From: Nymphaea colorata
Taxonomy: Eukaryota
DNA length: 64,000 bases
Direction of reading: 5' to 3'
NCBI RefSeq assembly: GCF_008831285.2
Contig: NC_045138.2
Location: 12,152,001 to 12,216,000, forward strand
Of this stretch, positions 53,136 through 62,399 are shown piece after piece. Both the position numbers and the translations under genes were made by a program. The stretch's first letter is position 1. Each line of letters begins with the position of its first letter. Under the pieces are notes generated by a model, which saw only the letters and a list, made by a program, of their open reading frames with translations, was not told where the DNA came from and did no database searches.

Positions 53136-56100
53136 CACTTTCTTGCTTATTCACGTGACCCTAATCTCATATTAAAAGAGATTAGGGTTGGCAACATAAC
53201 AATTACAAAATCAGTCCTCTAAATATAAGAAAATATTTAAAGAACTACTATTCAACTTTCTAATATTGCAGAAACACTCTTTAACAGTTATAAATGCCTT
53301 GTTGTACCTTTTGTTTTTAATGGCCAATTGCACATGCCTTAGAAGTAAAAGTTATGGAATTTTGGAGAGACTTTAACATTGAAACTTTTAAAGTTCCTAA
53401 TGTTCGTTTTGTTTCAAATTTGAATCTTAATTTCTTATTTGTTACTCAAATTGCTTACTATGGTGTAGTATTCTCATCAAAGGATTGCTTTATAGAGGAT
53501 CACTAACCTAAAAAGTTCAGTGGGGAAGACTCTAGAATATGAGATCTATATCATATGGATTTTTTTTTACCTTTCAAAGTCTTCATTTTGTAATGTGGCA
53601 AAAAAATTGATTCGAGCCTTTGGCACCAAAGGTTAGGACATCATAGCATTGGTAAATTGTCTTGTTCCTTTTCCGTGACAATTTTGTGAAGGCAATTTTA
53701 CTTGTAAGGATTGTATCTTGAGAAAAATGAAATGTTGCTTTCTCCAATGGAAGGTTTGTGCCAAGCGACTCTTTGAACTTGTGCATTGAGAGACCAAAGG
53801 TTCCTTAGATTAAAAAATAAGATTGATGATGGAGAGTTGTTGACAATTTGACTGTATCAGGCAATTAAATGGTTCTCTATTATATTTTTTTATTACTAGC
53901 CTGGACATTGCTCATGTGGTTCACATCATCAATTAATTTTTATTATAATTTTTTCATGATTTTTCGTTTATGTTTTTTTCATTCTTTTTTTGTTTTTATT
54001 TTTTTCAACTTTTGTTTCATTATTCCTCTTGTTTTAGATACTTAATGTGACCTCCTAGATGCAGTATGGTGTTCATCACTTTGTCATTTTTATCATTTTT
54101 AACTAAATATTTTTTATATTTTCTTATTATTTTCCCATTTATTTTATTTTCTCCTAATGTTTTAGTTTTTTTTTTTTTGACTTTTTTGAAGTCTTTGATA
54201 TTTTCCCTTAACAAAAAAGTGAAAAACATCTTTGCCAAAAAATCCTGGAGAAAATCGTTGCCCATAAAAATCTGAGAACGATATTTGTGCTATGGTTCTA
54301 AGTAACATGGCTACAAGACTTTCTCTGATGTAGATGTGTTGGTTCAACATTTGTTTTCATACGAGTATGTCGGGGTAAGTGGGTACATTTTTGGATCTAT
54401 TCTAGATCATACCTGCCAAAATGATGACATTTTAAGCTTTGTTTTTCAAAAATCCAGCTGTCCGATTTCAAAAAATAAAGACAGTGAATACTGCTGAAAA
54501 AACTGCCCTTGAATGACTGATGAGTGCTCCTTACAGACCAATCCTTTGAAAACTGCTTGGGAGGGGAGGAGGGAGTGGTGGGAAACATTTCAAATCCTTT
54601 TAAACCCTTCTTCTCTTTCTTCAGTCTTTTTTAATGCTCATCGATTTTTCCTATGTTACAAAAATAAGCTCAAATTTTAGAAACTTGCAAATCCATCTGA
54701 TGTATTACAAAGGTAGCCTTTACTTAATTAACTCATACTACATACTTGTTTCCTATTGTTAAAACACCCCACTGTACTCCTGTATGCATGGTTTTATAAA
54801 ATTCCTGTGTCTGAACCTGTAGCATGTGCCAGCACCCATGTGACTTAGGTTAGGATGAATCACACATAATTCATTCTTCAAACCCCTGCCACAGGTTGTA
54901 TGCATCATGTTTGGCTCGGCCTGCATAGCATCTGGGATCTACGTTTCCATGTAAATCCAAAATTCAGGATAGGTTATCCCTAGATTTGTCCAGAGTCCTT
55001 ATGTTCAATTATCCATTTGTTTTCTATATTTATTATGTTCCATAGATAGGATATATTCTTCAATAGTACTAGTTTTCTACTGGTGAATAGTTCTTGCAAG
55101 GGGCTAAAATGGTTGTCACTGGCCGAATATTTGTTCATTTGCTACAATTTCTGTGTCAATGACCATGTATTGTTTTCACATTAACAAGCTATATGAGGTT
55201 TGATATTCAGTTTTATGGGTTTGAGACTCTGAAGATAAGCTCTCATATCACTTCATATCTATTGGGTTGATAAAACATGTACACATTGTCTTATTGTCTT
55301 TGTTTTTCTCCATTGTATACCTCCATCTTGTATTAAAAAAAAAAAGAATTGCGCTGAGATGTAGAAAATTGATATGATATGCAATGCACATCCCTTTTTT
55401 GCAGTTCCTTGTTCTTGGTAATAATTTTGTATAATTTAATTTCCTCAGTGGTAATGCAGAAGCATCACTAATGTGGTTTTTGTGCATATAATTGGCGTGT
55501 TTCCATCCAAGCGTGTTTCCATCCAATTGTAGCATTTTCAATAGTTACACATGTATCTAATTTCCAACTACCATGCAAGTACTTAATACTGCTGTAGAAA
55601 GTGCTCAAAGAAATGCTCCTAATAAAATGGGAATACTTAATTTCTGAATATTCTTCTCTAAAAATTCTACTTCATATGATTTTCTATAGGTTTTAGTAGG
55701 GCAAAGCATGTTCTTGGTTATCAGTTTCCTTTTTTCTATTCTACATTGTTCTTTTTTTATTGTGAGCCCATATGGTTCGAACAGTGATATGTGATGGCAA
55801 ACTATTGTGTTTTCTATTTATTCATAGGTACATGTCCATATAAAGCGGCATGAAATGCAAGAGTTGCCACAGACAGATGATGAAGTTGCCCAATGGTGCA
55901 GAGATAGATTTGTTGCCAAGGCATGTGAATTTTACTCTGTAATCCATTGCCTGAACAACAATTGTAAACTGGATAAGATACTGCCCTTTTGTTCTGGCTG
56001 TCTGTTGCCAGCTTACCTCCTCTTCTTCTTTTGTGCTGTTATGCAGGATGCCTTATTGGACAAGCATGTAATTAATGGTACTTTTGTTGATGAGCAACTC

Positions 56101-59100
56101 CAAGATATTGGCCGACCCCTAAAATCTATGATGGTATGTTTTATGCTGGTTATTTTTGTATTTCCTAGGTAGACTGTATGAATTTGTTGCTATGTCACAT
56201 AGGTACGGGTACGGGTGCGGGTACGAACCATTTACAAAAAATTTGGGTACGGGGGTACGGCCATACACACACATGTATATATGTCAAGATTTTTACAGAA
56301 TCACTGAATCAGTCACTATTAGCCACCTTTTGTTTTGAAAGTCAAAACAAAGGCATTATCTAATTCCACAGGAACAACATGAATTTACAGTGAAAACTCA
56401 CTAAACATCCCCAAAGTCCCAAACAGTGACGATTTTTACAGAATAACTTTGGCAAAATTTCCCCAAAATTGAACACGCTGTAAATAACGCACAAAAAGAA
56501 ACAAAATTTCTATTGAACATGCTGTAAATAACACGCATAAAAGAACCGCCTCAACCGATGAGAAAACAAGCAATACCAGAATGTCAGATGCATATGAGAA
56601 CAAACCTTATACAGGAAAAAGCAGGAACGGAGGCGACGTTTATAGCATATCCAAGACAAATGAGGAAATGACGAAAAACTGAACTACGTGCTTTAAGAAG
56701 TGAAGATCTCGCTGGTGGAAACGACGTCTGCCGGCACCAGACTAATGGAAAGAAGAGCGCATTGACAGAAAATAAAAGAAATCGGCAAAACGGAAGCAAA
56801 TACCGTCCGATGTCGCCGGTCGCCGTACGCCGTCGCCGGTCGCCGTACGCCGCTGCCGCCGGTCGCCGCCGTTCGTCCACCCAAGTCGCCGGTCGCCCCA
56901 GATGCTTCCTCTCGTTCGTGAAATGGGTAGAAGGAAGAAGATGTCGAGGGGTTTAGGGTTTTCTTCGACCAATTTAACGTTAGGTAATTTTTAAAAGTTA
57001 AAAACTTAAAATCGTTAAAATAAATAATGGACATCTTTGGACTCGGTCAAAGTTGACCGAGTCCGAAAGTGGACCGATTTGAACCTGGGTACGTTGACCG
57101 TACCCGGTACGCGTTGACCGAATTATTGGCGTACCCACGGGCGTACCGGTACCGTACCCATACCGTGCGGGTACTCCTCCTTAGGAGTACCCGTGTGACA
57201 TAGGTTAGAGATCATTGGAAGTATATACTGCATACGTTTAACCAGGCAACTTGTCCAGCATATTTTTGTGTATGCTGTAATATAGATAAAATCCTGGACG
57301 TCTTGAACTCAAAAATCTCACTAGGACACACCAATAGAGCTGAGATGAGAGAAACTGTGCTCTTTATTTCACAATAAAAAGCTTCCAAGAAGCATGGCTT
57401 ACAAGCAGGGACGGCAGTCTCTTTTAAAGAGAAGAACAAATAGTAGTTGGAAACATTCCAATGGATAGAAGAGCTGCATCTCAAAAAAATGAAATATACA
57501 AAAAGTGCAAAAGAAATTATTGAACCTATTTGGAATCAAACCTCCAACAAGCATATACTGATTAAAAACAACTTATACAACTGTATACATAAGCATGTAT
57601 AAGTATAATATATTCATAAAATACGTATATACGCATGTATTTCCCTAACTTTAACAGCCTCCCTCAAAATTACAGTGTTACAACCAAAAATTAGTTAAAC
57701 AAAAAGTAAAATCTTGAAGACAAATATTCGGCAAGGAAATCATTCAACTGGAATTCCGAGGTAACATATGATTTCATATTCTTCTTCAAATACTCTTCCT
57801 TAATATAGTGAGAGTCCATTTCAATGTGTTTCATCCTTTATTGAAAACTGACTTGTATGTAGCATTCTTATTGTCACGAGAAGGATGTTGGTTAATAACT
57901 CCTACTTCTTGAATGAACTACCTTAGCTATACAATCTCCACCATTGGTGTCACTGCAGCTGTGTGTTCAGCTTTAGTCTTTAGTTGGGAAGGGGGACTTT
58001 TTTGTTGCTTTTCACGTTTCCATTATATTAATAGATTATATAAAATTAGACGAAATTCAGTTGAGTGGCAATTATTTGGACATTTTCCCAGCCAGAGTTA
58101 GTATATGCTACCAAATCCGAAGTAGAAAATGACGATTAAGAATAGTCCATTATACAAGAAACAAACATATGATGCACAAACATAGACATGTGAGACGTGG
58201 AGATGTCTTTTCAGTTACGACAGTCAGAATGATAAATTTCATATTACTAGAAAATATAACTTCCATAAAAAACAAAAAGGGCTTTGAAAAACTTTGTGCA
58301 AATAAGGAAATAAAATATATTTGTCCATTCAATTTGTTGGATACTAGTAATAGTGACATATTTATATAAAAATAATTTGAATAATGAAATGAGCACCAAT
58401 GATGAATCTCATATCAATGATGAGCTGAAGTCCAGAGACAAGTATGAACTGAATGACAAGAATGAAACTTTAGGAGAACTTAGACTCACACTCATAAAGG
58501 AAATGGCAACAATCAAAATGATAGAATGTGTTCTGATCCAAAAGTAGATGAGTCAAGCCTAAGAAGGTTTCAACGAATTTCCATTCTTGATAAAGCTTGT
58601 TTCCCACTAAGCATTTGTCATTGATATAGATGATTGTCTTTTAACTATACATGCACATGGGGACATCAAGTCTTGGCCATTCGATTTAAGATTGGACGGC
58701 CCAGATCTCTTCTCTATATCCCCCCTTTCTCTCATTTTCTCAACAAGGAAGCTTGGTGGCTCCCTCTTGTCATCGCTGGCGGGGCCCAGTGTCGGTTTCC
58801 CTTACGAGAAGAGGGGAGAGAGAGAGAGAGGAGGTGGAGGAGGAGAGGGATCCATGGGAAGAGGGAGGTAGAGGCGGGGGGAGAGGGGAGATATGGGCCC
58901 AGATTTGATGTCTCTTGATGTGTTAAAAAAAAGTTGAAGGTAGCATTTTGAGATTATGTAGAAATATCTGAGAGATCAAAAGAAGAGCAGAGGTTTATTT
59001 ATTGCCGAGTAGATAAAACCTAGGGGTTTCTCCACAAGATTCGTCCATGGAGGGTGTCAGGGTCTAAGATGAGGCCAAATGGCATAGTTGAACAACAAGT

Positions 59101-59196
59101 CATACCTACTAATTGGTGGACGTGAGACGCATTTCCTCTAGCTCAAAAATAGGACATTATATGGACTGGATTTGATTTATGAGCTATTAGAGCAGG

Positions 59197-59272
<76 letters not shown>

Positions 59273-59530
59273 CATGTATATATATATGTATGAAAATTGA
59301 ATGGTGACTCTGACTTTTTAGAGTCACCTAGCTGTCTAATCAAGGCCGTCCGATCTATTATGATGGACGGTTAAGAGGAAAAAAGGAGAAAAAGGTGATG
59401 AACATTTTCATCTTCTAGTATTACTCCACACTTTTTTCTCCTTGTTTTTCTCTTAGTCACCCATCTTCTTCATATGGATGGCTGTTATTAGAATGCTGGA
59501 TGACTCTACATAGCCAAAGTCATCATTCAC

Positions 59531-59580
<50 letters not shown>

Positions 59581-59867
59581 CCCATTGCATTGAAATTCTT
59601 GAGGTGGATAATCAATCCTGTTGAGTATAAGATGTTTCCGAATGGCTAAAATTAGAACACTTGTTGCTAAAAAATAATCACTATATTGGCATTAGTGACA
59701 GTTTCTAGTGTGCTCACAGTTTATGGTGGCTTTAACAACTATTTATGGTTCTTTTAGCAATGGACTTTAAGTTTTACCCATCTGGCAATTATCTGGAAGC
59801 ATTGAAATTCTTGAGGCTTTCCCCATAAGAATCTCTCTTATAATTATCCGATATTGATGTTTGTCGC

Positions 59868-59953
<86 letters not shown>

Positions 59954-60551
59954 TGTTTATTTAGACATCCAACATTTATAGTTTTGCAGCCATATTTTGG
60001 CCAAAATTAATTCTTAGATCCATCTTCATGGATAAGCCAGGAGAATCCAAAACTATAGGTTTAGAAGAAAAAAAAAATTTTGAAATCCGTTGCGTGAATT
60101 AGATTTTATGACCTCCCTATTTCTCTAAAGCCATTATATAACTTTACTAAAACTAAAACCGGAACACACAATTTAGAAATTAAACCATTGAGGTTAGATA
60201 GCTCTCGTAAGATTACATGATCTGCCTCCCTGCAGATGGCTGCTCCATCGGAGTTCTGGAACATGAACCACTCCTATAATTTGTCAAGTTTAACGTGTGT
60301 ACTGTTCTCTACAGGTTATTCTCTTTTGGGTGTCCCTTCTGTCATTTGCTTCTTCCAAACTTTTCAAATGGTCGTTGATCTTCTCTAGCTGGACCGGCAT
60401 CATATTCACCACTGCTGTTGTGCTTCTAGTCGCACTTTTGATGCATATCTTCATTCTGTTCTCTCAAGCGGAGCGGTCCACACCTGCAAAGATATCACCT
60501 TCAAGGGTAACCAATGGGGGTGTGCCTGGGAAGCAATCTAAGGAGAAGTAG
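14687..60551 (+). CDS. LPAT2: 1-acyl-sn-glycerol-3-phosphate acyltransferase (LPAAT), LPAT2/LPAT3 clade; 11 coding exons, 385 aa. join(14687..14767,15075..15197,16826..16865,21987..22060,22146..22205,43727..43804,43905..44063,46302..46427,55828..55920,56047..56133,60315..60551)
   Basis: Exons join in frame to 1158 nt with no internal stop. Acyltransferase motifs NHRSDID and FVEGTRF are present and the protein is colinear with plant LPAT2 as recalled ([48 protein letters not shown]). Nine GT-AG introns and one GC-AG. Confidence 0.96.
15075..15197 (+). CDS. LPAT2: LPAT exon 2 ([12 protein letters not shown]...VDWWANLK)
   Basis: Acceptor GAAG|GCT; donor AAG|GTTCTC. Confidence 0.93.
15631..15912. 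mobile_element. MITE with GGCCC/GGGCC-rich ends and AT-rich core (hAT-like)
   Basis: Flanked by direct repeat CTAGAATA (15623-15630 and 15913-15920); termini degenerate. Confidence 0.55.
16347..16405. repeat. Compound (CT)n(AT)n microsatellite
   Basis: Directly visible. Confidence 0.95.
16826..16865 (+). CDS. LPAT2: LPAT exon 3 ([14 protein letters not shown])
   Basis: Acceptor TGCAG|GTT; donor TAG|GTGAGT; phase 1 matches exon 4. Confidence 0.92.
17285..17660. mobile_element. Non-autonomous hAT-type element A (CTATGTCACA-type TIR family)
   Basis: Ends CTCTATCACACGG...CCATGTGACATAG; perfect 8-bp TSD GGTAGACC; GTACCC subterminal motifs. Confidence 0.88.
18523..19111. mobile_element. Non-autonomous hAT-type element B (same TIR family)
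   Basis: Ends CTATGTCACATAGG...CCGTGTGACATAG; TSD TTGTGAAC/CTGTGAAC (7/8). Confidence 0.88.
19830..20785. mobile_element. Non-autonomous hAT-type element with GTATCG/CGATAC subterminal arrays
   Basis: TIR CAATGTTAT...ATAACATTG; TSD GATACGGG/GATATGGG (7/8, change at a CpG). Confidence 0.88.
21987..22060 (+). CDS. LPAT2: LPAT exon 4 ([24 protein letters not shown]; catalytic NHxxxxD)
   Basis: Acceptor AACAG|GT; donor CAG|GTTTTG. Confidence 0.96.
22146..22205 (+). CDS. LPAT2: LPAT exon 5 ([20 protein letters not shown])
   Basis: Acceptor TCCAG|CGC; donor CCG|GTGAGC. Confidence 0.96.
22379..22542 (+). repeat. Copia-1 5' LTR
   Basis: Direct repeat of 27514-27677; contains TATATAAA. Confidence 0.97.
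22543..22554 (+). promoter_or_regulatory. Primer binding site (initiator tRNA-Met)
   Basis: TGGTATCAGAGC immediately after the 5' LTR. Confidence 0.95.
23268..27506 (+). CDS. Copia Gag-Pol polyprotein, 1412 aa (Gag, CCHC knuckle, protease, integrase, RT, RNase H)
   Basis: [88 protein letters not shown]. Confidence 0.98.
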   Translation: MSEISSGANTSSFVSSGEMKSSPFSSIITKMDGGNYEMWAMQVKRTLIAHEKEHLILEPEPVQKVGKYTTWFKDNSLVMVWIVGTLSQEIANEVLHKDSAKDMWDSLAATYSQARNETRIMQLHHDIHQMRQDGRPLHTYYSSLKSMFERLNSYFPACKCEQQKAYRDMLMVGVFLSGLDSVYESAKNQMLTSPSIPPIDEAYSRLSRIPISASTVPDTTSAMLATRGRGGPFFARGRGGRGRGNTPSRPVCQFCHRIGHTVDKCWQKHGRPAFANQTVSTDSPEQPKPQHMVSSSELHVDDILSQLRHLIGDSAHPSPGPTTSTVPTAASASSSGMYSACTVCSPPDTTDWLIDSGASTHLCGDKMQFTSYVPTPPGRSVILADGKDSPVVGHGEVQLTSSLPLQHVLHAPEFPHSLLSISQITRELNCRAIFDSSSLVFQDILTGRVIGSGREQGGLYRLVHSFPFAGSTSSGSSSSSAYTWHLRFGHLPFQKLLHVLPQLSHKSSFQCESCQLGKHHRSSFPPRSSRSSHSVFELLHFDVWGPSRTPDLQGHRYYLVAVDDYSRVSWVFLMKHKSEAGHVIKNFINEILTQFDTCVKIVRSDNALEFCASSLEQFFRDKGIIHQTSCAYTSQQNGVAERKHRHILDVARTIIIHSHVPHSYWGDAVLTACYLINRMPSSVLGDLIPFSVLFSDRELFSVAPRIFGCVAFVQLLGPGRDKLSPRAIKTIFVGYSRTQKGYRCYDPSTRRYYVSADVTFFESTSYFSPNGTQLRVPEFSDEVHLPLPLMSYPQPVASRFGAIYQRRTKPVQPAPCAPVPSPSMPKVLPEHTNPADHSLCDDATGDSPEHATGPHINELDMPIAQRKGKRSCTMHPLSGHLSMARLTPTYRQFVKGLSAVALPQTPMDALSDPKWAAAMQEEMDALQSRGTWTLVTPSSDAAIVGCRWVFTVKYRADGSIERYKARLVAKGYTQTYGVDYYDTFSPVARHASLRVLLAVAVSKNWSLSQLDVKNAFLYGDLHEEVYMQQPPGFVAEGECQKVCRLRKAIYGLKQSPRAWFQKLSENIEYEGFRRSSADHSLFVKKTSTGTVIVLVYVDDIIVTGDDIQGISNIKGVLGRHFVTKDLGELRYFLGIEFARNQKGLIMCQRKYVTDVLQETGMLGCRPASTPMDINTRLYDDDTEDVDARQYRGIVGKLLYITVTRPDIAYAVSRVSQFMDKPKKVHWDAAMMILRYLKNSPGMGLFFQNGTSLTISVYVDADYAGCHLDRKSTTGFCVFIGSNLVTWKSKKQTVVARSSAESEYRAMAQATAEVMWVRSLMLDLTVEVPLPMQLLGDNKAALFIANNPAFHERTKHVEVDCHYTRDMIQKGFVSTSHISTTGQTADIFTKALARGPFQSCCSKLSLFDIYAPT
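27514..27677 (+). repeat. Copia-1 3' LTR
   Basis: Follows PPT 27505-27513; identical to the 5' LTR. Confidence 0.97.
27864..28181. mobile_element. hAT-type MITE, older copy of the family at 42424-42746
   Basis: Internal sequence aligns with 42424-42746 (e.g. CAACTTTGCCGTATTATAC, CCGTATAATACCCATACACG); TIR and TSD degenerate. Confidence 0.8.
28814..28992. repeat. About 59-bp tandem repeat, three copies
   Basis: GCACCTTATC...GATGCTATGGCTCCATG...GATGTTGGTTTTG recurs three times. Confidence 0.85.
30216..30515. repeat. 150-bp tandem duplication
   Basis: 30216-30365 versus 30366-30515, about 5 substitutions. Confidence 0.92.
30710..31773. mobile_element. Non-autonomous hAT-type element C (same TIR family, inverted relative to B and E)
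   Basis: Ends CTGTGTCACATGGG...CCCATGTGACATAG; perfect TSD CTGAAATC; CCGGTA subterminal array. Confidence 0.92.
34457..41152. mobile_element. Non-autonomous hAT-type element D (about 1.34 kb before Copia-2 inserted into it)
   Basis: Ends CTGTCACATAGG...CCATGTGACTTAG; perfect TSD GCTGAAAA (34449-34456, 41153-41160); contains a roughly 121-bp tandem duplication at about 35098-35345. Confidence 0.88.
35613..40959 (-). mobile_element. Copia-2: full-length but pseudogenised Ty1/Copia (Ale-like)
   Basis: LTRs 35613-35833 and 40743-40959 (about 9 substitutions plus 3 indels); TSD ACGCG; PBS 40731-40742; PPT 35834-35843; gag-pol broken into many ORFs between 35841 and 39979. Confidence 0.96.
42424..42746. 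mobile_element. hAT-type MITE
   Basis: Perfect 10-bp TIR CATTGTCACA/TGTGACAATG; perfect TSD GATTTATC. Confidence 0.92.
43727..43804 (+). CDS. LPAT2: LPAT exon 6 ([26 protein letters not shown])
   Basis: Acceptor TACAG|GTT; donor AAG|GTATGC. Confidence 0.96.
43905..44063 (+). CDS. LPAT2: LPAT exon 7 ([24 protein letters not shown]...IPRTK)
   Basis: Acceptor TGCAG|TTC; donor AAA|GTGAGT; EGTR motif. Confidence 0.96.
45372..45737. mobile_element. hAT-type MITE, degenerate
   Basis: Ends CATAGCCACAAA...TTTGCAGCTGTG; TSD ATTGCATC/GTTGCATC (7/8). Confidence 0.75.
46302..46427 (+). CDS. LPAT2: LPAT exon 8 ([20 protein letters not shown]...KGKSSV)
   Basis: Acceptor TGCAG|GGA; donor GTT|GTAAGC. Confidence 0.95.
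48543..53286 (-). mobile_element. Copia-3: gag-deleted, pseudogenised Ty1/Copia (Ale-like, 4744 bp) in LPAT intron 8
   Basis: LTRs 48543-48756 and 53063-53286 (2 substitutions plus GA-repeat length change); TSD GTTAT; PBS TGGTATCAAAGC at 53051-53062; PPT 48757-48766; PR/INT/RT/RH fragments. Confidence 0.96.
55828..55920 (+). CDS. LPAT2: LPAT exon 9 ([14 protein letters not shown]...WCRDRFVAK)
   Basis: Acceptor CATAG|GTA; non-canonical donor AAG|GCATGT. Confidence 0.93.
56047..56133 (+). CDS. LPAT2: LPAT exon 10 (DALLDKH...IGRPLKSMM)
   Basis: Acceptor TGCAG|GAT; donor ATG|GTATGT. Confidence 0.95.
56190..57203. mobile_element. Non-autonomous hAT-type element E (same TIR family)
   Basis: Ends CTATGTCACATAGG...CCGTGTGACATAG, both subterminal regions align with element B; no matching TSD. 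Confidence 0.85.
57655..57960 (-). mobile_element. Old Copia RNase H/PPT fragment
   Basis: Minus strand [18 protein letters not shown] (compare [17 protein letters not shown]) followed by TGAGGGAGGCTGTTA (PPT then TG). Confidence 0.6.
59298..59529. mobile_element. Foldback MITE embedded in (TA)n microsatellite
   Basis: About 55-bp imperfect terminal inverted repeats (TGAATGGTGACTCTGAC...GCCAAAGTCATCATTCA) with (TA)n/(TATG)n on the left and (TA)n on the right. Confidence 0.75.
59871..59950. repeat. (TA)n microsatellite, about 40 units
   Basis: Directly visible. Confidence 0.95.
60315..60551 (+). CDS. LPAT2: LPAT exon 11 (VILFWVS...[10 protein letters not shown]...QSKEK*)
   Basis: Acceptor TACAG|GTT; two hydrophobic segments; TAG stop. 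Confidence 0.94.
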   Translation, partial: VILFWVSLLSFASSKLFKWSLIFSSWTGIIFTTAVVLLVALLMHIFILFSQAERSTPAKISPSRVTNGGVPGKQSKEK

Positions 60552-62399
60552 CTTAATTTATCCACAGGAAGAACCTCTATTTTCTATAATTTTATTCAAA
60601 AACTGCAATTAGGTCGTATTTTTATGCTTAGTTTCTAGTTTTTTTTTCCCCCCCTTCTTAGTGGGGAAGGGGTTTCCTTGTAAGTGTCATATATATTCTC
60701 TGGGGTTTGGTGAAGGGGTTTACTTAATTGAAAATGTCTATTCTCTTTGGTTCAGTAGATGTGCTGTTGGTGTATTTGTAGCTATGAAAATGCTGGAGCA
60801 CCCTATCTACGTCTCTCTGGTACGCACACACATATTCTTATTTAGTTAATTTGTTGCTCATTGGTAGATTGGCGGTCAGTTCCTACTAATTTGGCATATA
60901 TATTTAAAGTGGGTTCAGCAAATACATCCCCATCCAGTCAACCAAGTGGATCGCTTCTAGTTAAATTCTTCAATGATGCCTATCTGATAACCAATTGTGT
61001 TTCCATTTATACTATCATGCAAAAATAATTTGTCTGAAGATCACGTTTGGAAGACCAGAAAGGCCCAATATGAAAAGAATTCCCCAAGTAATTGACAGGG
61101 AAAACTGAAACTTTTTTAATGCATGCTTACATTGGAACGTCATTTTCGTGCCTGCGAGAAGCTGTATATTATTACATGAACCCAAAGAATCCTCGATCGG
61201 GTAGCTCTCCTCTTCCTGGTGAACATGTTCTGACGGCATTCTAGGTTGTAATCTTCCTGTATATTATGGGGTTCCTCTCTCCTGGGACTGATCTTCCCCC
61301 AACAGGTGGTGCCGCCGGGATGTAGCATTGTCATCTCAGCCTTGGATTTCATACTTTATAGGAATGAATATTCAACAATATTTATGGCCTATCAGCCTGT
61401 ATCAATCGCTGTGCATCTCCTTAGTTATACATTACATTTTTTTCTTTGCACCTTTTATGAAGTTTTCGAAGAAGTGAATAAAATCTTGGAATACGAAAAT
61501 AAGAGAAAAATTTCTAAGAATTTATGAATTAGCTAATAATGAATATGATATGAAAAACTAACTATAAAAAATATTTTTTTAAATATTTGAATGCGAGAAT
61601 ACAGTTTGCAAACTGTTAAAACAAATTAAAAAATGCGTAAGAGCATAATTCAGGTATTATCTGAATCACAAGGGTTAAACTAAGGTTTAGAAGAAAGCCT
61701 GGAACTTTATCCTGGAAATTGTGTTTGCTGTTACCAATAAATTGCCCCTAATCGTGTGCTCAAATATTCACCAACAACAAGTTCAAGTTATAACCAAACG
61801 GGAAACATGTTATAATTATGCTTCTAATAGGGAAGGGCTAAACCCAGTCCCTAAACCGCTGAAAAACCTTAAAACCCCTCAGCTCAGCTCTTAGTGCCAT
61901 CAAAAGAGTAGTGCCTATGGGAATCGGACAAGAGATGTACTTGACACATGCCTCTGGTTCAACTTGCGACACTAAACCCCTTTTGGTGAGAGAGGACATT
62001 GAAGGCTTCGGAAATCCGCAGCGAAATTAATCTTAGCACAAGCTGTACTTAAAAAGAAAGAGATGCTGCTCAAATTCATAATGTCGCACATCCAAGCAAT
62101 GAAGGTTTCATGTCAAGATCCAAGGGATCCTTACTATGTTATGGTTGGGAACGGCTGTATAAAGTAGGACGAATGGAGAGGATGCTGATAACTCTTCACG
62201 TGTGGCAAGCTTCAATGTTGGTAATAATCAAATTTTAGAAAGAAGCAGTGGCGAAGCTGACTTTCGGTTAGCCATGGTCATGCTAGTAAGCGAACTGATA
62301 ATAGAGTATTTCAGTGCGCCAATGTGTTGATATTCATTATTCTTATAAAAGATATTCACTATTCCTATAAAAAATTGGTTGCGAGCGTTTACGTTGATT

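Noticed and set aside
60531..60551. C-terminal dilysine ER-retrieval motif (KQSKEK)
   Set aside because: Lysine at -3 but not at -4 or -5, so it is neither KKXX nor KXKXX
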